This document shows, piece after piece, positions 61,531-64,000 of a DNA stretch of 64,000 bases. Positions within the stretch are counted from its first letter, which is position 1; each line of letters opens with the position of its first letter. Source of the DNA: an uncultured delta proteobacterium (GTDB taxonomy: Bacteria; Desulfobacterota; Desulfobacteria; Desulfobacterales; SG8-13); contig CAWKCK010000001.1 of assembly GCA_963848135.1 (NCBI GenBank), positions 124,001-188,000 on the forward strand. The letters run 5' to 3'. Both the position numbers and the translations under genes were made by a program. The notes beneath the pieces were generated by a model. The model saw nothing but the letters and a program-made list of their open reading frames with translations, did no database searches and was not told the origin of the DNA.

Positions 61531-62496
61531 TTACGGCATGATGTCCAGCCGGAACAGGGGGGCTGGAAGTTTTTCTGATGTCACGATGAGGCTCGACCCG
61601 TCCGGGCTGAAACACATGGCTTCGGCTTGGCGCATCATCGGCATGGCCAGCGGAAGGGGAGGGCGCGCAAAGACCCGCGGCCAGTTTTCATTTCCCTGGC
61701 GGTAAAACAGATAAGGCCGCTTGTAGGTCAATAGCGCGATTATCTTTCCATCCGGAGAAATGTCCATTGCCGTCGGTTGAGATCGGAAACGGCCGAACAG
61801 GGGATCCTCCGTCAGGTCTTCCGGTTCGGGAGCCGGGATACCATGGACTTCCGCCAGAGGGCGGGCCAGCAGGAATTTTTCTTTTGTTGCAGAAAGCAGC
61901 GGCAGCACATAGACGACCGGGGGGACAGTCCGCTTGGTCAGGAGAAGAATTTGCCGGTTGTGTACGTCGACAGCCACCCCTTCGCAGTCCCGCGGGCCAT
62001 CGGAATAAGAATACTCGATCCGCCATGTCCAAGGAATCGAGAACTCTGCGGATGTGTCAATGGATTCGATCCGGGGTTCTTCCACGGCGTACAAGAAACA
62101 TGATTTCCGGCGACTGTCGTTATCACCGCAATCGGCAATCAGCAGATAGGGGCGATCGTCGAGGCGGAATGCCGCTAGATCCTCCCAGTCCCTGTTATGG
62201 GCATTACGGATGCGCACCCGGCCACGGTTCGATCCGTCAACTCCGACGGCGTGAATCAGGGGGGGATTTCCCCCGTCATTGACGATCCATAACAGATCCT
62301 TTTGTCGGCCGGAGGCGGCCATGCCGCTGGCTTCGAATATGGTGTCATCGGCCAGGTCGCCGAGATAGGATATTCCCGGACCAAATGCAGGGGGCCTGTC
62401 AACAGACCCTTTCGGAAAGCCTTGTGAGCAAGCGATTACCAGGAGGGCACAAATGGCAATTGCCCAGAGGGTCGTGCGGGAACCTTTGGTCCGCAT
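61531..62496 (-). CDS. Secreted/lipoprotein with probable beta-propeller fold
   Basis: Lipobox-like VIAC; EASGMAAS, NRDWEDLA, IADCGDN, RDCEGVAV, QAEAMCF; TAATG overlap with the upstream gene. Confidence 0.8.
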   Translation of the reverse strand: MRTKGSRTTLWAIAICALLVIACSQGFPKGSVDRPPAFGPGISYLGDLADDTIFEASGMAASGRQKDLLWIVNDGGNPPLIHAVGVDGSNRGRVRIRNAHNRDWEDLAAFRLDDRPYLLIADCGDNDSRRKSCFLYAVEEPRIESIDTSAEFSIPWTWRIEYSYSDGPRDCEGVAVDVHNRQILLLTKRTVPPVVYVLPLLSATKEKFLLARPLAEVHGIPAPEPEDLTEDPLFGRFRSQPTAMDISPDGKIIALLTYKRPYLFYRQGNENWPRVFARPPLPLAMPMMRQAEAMCFSPDGSSLIVTSEKLPAPLFRLDIMP

Positions 62497-62939
62497 TATG
62501 TGTGGCTCTCCGTTCCCATGGTTCCAAGCAGCATATACGTTACCTGGGCCACGGCGATGTGAGTACGGTTCGCATCGTAAAGATCGACGGCTACCGGGCA
62601 CAGGGTTCGGCCGGTTTTTATGACGCGGGCTTCGGCGGTGACATCGCTGAGACAAGGCGCCAGGAAACGGATATTCATATCGGTGGTGGTCAGTCGTACG
62701 TTCGGCCCGGTTTCGGTAAAAATGGCAAAGCAGGATGTACTGTCGGCCACGGTCATCAGCAATCCTCCATGAAAGGACTCGAAAACGCCATCGTATTTCC
62801 GGTGCCGGGGTACCCGGAGAGAGCAAAACCCCTTGGAAAGAGATAGAATTTCCAAGGAGAGGGTTTTGACAATCGGGATTTTAAGCACACGATCCTTAAT
62901 TGCCGTGACCAGCTCCGGAGATAGGGTTTTGGTTGCCAT
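62496..62939 (-). CDS. PaaI family thioesterase
   Basis: FHGGLLMTVADS, TTDMNIRFLAP hot-dog motif. Confidence 0.92.
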   Translation of the reverse strand: MATKTLSPELVTAIKDRVLKIPIVKTLSLEILSLSKGFCSLRVPRHRKYDGVFESFHGGLLMTVADSTSCFAIFTETGPNVRLTTTDMNIRFLAPCLSDVTAEARVIKTGRTLCPVAVDLYDANRTHIAVAQVTYMLLGTMGTESHT

Positions 62940-62960
62940 AACAGTTTATCTTCCTTTCGA

Positions 62961-64000
62961 TCATTCCAGGTTTTCAGTTGTCGGCGCCACGTTAACGAAA
63001 CAATCGTAATAAGCCGCCTGCTCACCCATATCGGAAATCCTGTCCGCGGTCAGAACATTGACAGAACCGCTCTTGTGCCACCAGCCTTGCTCGATTGTTA
63101 TTGCCTCCGCTGCCGAACCGCTGTTACACTGGATCTTAACCATTAGCGAACCGCGTTCGGAGAATACTCTTGCGTACCCGCCGTCTGTGAGACGGAAGGC
63201 CCTGAGCGTTTCAGGGCTGACCGTCGCCTCCGGCATGTCATCGGTGAAAGCGAAGTGCTGGGAGTGCATTGCGTCTCGCCGGTGAGGCGTTATGAGCCTT
63301 AGAGGATACTCCGGTTTCCCCGAAGCGGCCGCGACATATGTCGCCACAGGACTACTGCCGTCAGCCAACGCCAGATCAGAGTAGAGTTCGAATTTGCCGC
63401 TGGGCGTTTCAAATTGACCGTTCTGCCAGGGAACCGCTCGATCTGGAAGAAAAAAGGGCGTGCGTTCCAGGTCTTCAAGATCCACACCGCACGTCTCTGT
63501 CAACGGCCGAATGGCTTCCTCCAAAAATGTCCGTTGTCCGTATCGAGGGTACTGTGAAAGCCCCAAGCGGTCCGATAGCTTTCTGTAGATTTCGTATTCA
63601 CCCATGATACCTGCCGGCGGTGAAACCACCCGACCGGAATAGTTGACATAAGGAGAGAACATACTTGAAAAAATGATATCCTCTTCCTCCAGCACGCTGG
63701 TGCACGGCAGGATCAAGTCGGCATGACGGGCCGTGTCGGTCATGAACAAATCGATGACGACCTTGTAGTCTATCTCCGTGAATGCCGCGGTGGTTCGGTT
63801 GATGTCCGGACCCTGGACCAGCGGGTTGGCCTTTGATACGAAGATGCATCGGATCGGAGGGGCGTTTTCCTTTTCAAGGAATTCGGCCAGGCGGGCAATG
63901 GAGAACGTTCGCCGGTTGCGGGCGTGGGCCTGACTTTTTTTAAAATCACCACCAATGTAGTCGGGAAAAAACCGGTTGGCATAGTTGACGCCGCCCCCGC
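62961..64000 (-). CDS. Molybdopterin-dependent oxidoreductase, C-terminal part (start lies beyond the window)
   Basis: ANPLVQGPD, VVIDLFMTDTARHADLILP, TPSGKFELYS, YPLRLITPH, HSQH. Confidence 0.92.
   Translation of the reverse strand, partial: GGGVNYANRFFPDYIGGDFKKSQAHARNRRTFSIARLAEFLEKENAPPIRCIFVSKANPLVQGPDINRTTAAFTEIDYKVVIDLFMTDTARHADLILPCTSVLEEEDIIFSSMFSPYVNYSGRVVSPPAGIMGEYEIYRKLSDRLGLSQYPRYGQRTFLEEAIRPLTETCGVDLEDLERTPFFLPDRAVPWQNGQFETPSGKFELYSDLALADGSSPVATYVAAASGKPEYPLRLITPHRRDAMHSQHFAFTDDMPEATVSPETLRAFRLTDGGYARVFSERGSLMVKIQCNSGSAAEAITIEQGWWHKSGSVNVLTADRISDMGEQAAYYDCFVNVAPTTENLE

Overview
Bacterial chromosomal window; gene content and repeat style resemble a sulfate-reducing deltaproteobacterium (Desulfobacterales-like, inference). 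From left to right: (i) a metal/ABC transport operon interrupted by a GxxExxY gene that sits inside a cassette with symmetric, structured ends, with a gene-less copy of the same cassette at 28.0-28.2 kb (the best novelty candidate); (ii) a small gene coupled to a SLOG (cpYpsA-like) gene; (iii) a GntR-TRAP-acyl-CoA synthetase (MatB-like) operon; (iv) a ~30 kb, partly decaying stress/carbohydrate region containing Csp and RRM RNA chaperones, phosphomannomutase, FtsH, CsbD, coiled-coil proteins, a PAS sigma54 activator with two matching sigma54 promoters, a B12 radical SAM enzyme, a GT4-GT4-GH130-GH130 cluster, USP, SlyD, cardiolipin synthase, many pseudogenes and MITE-like repeats; (v) a trpEGDCFBA-aroF-aroB operon preceded by an unannotated WWWW leader peptide and attenuator; (vi) minus-strand housekeeping genes (xth, SLC13 permease, thioesterase, partial molybdopterin oxidoreductase). 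No rRNA, tRNA or CRISPR array was seen. All family calls are from motif recognition by eye, not from database searches.
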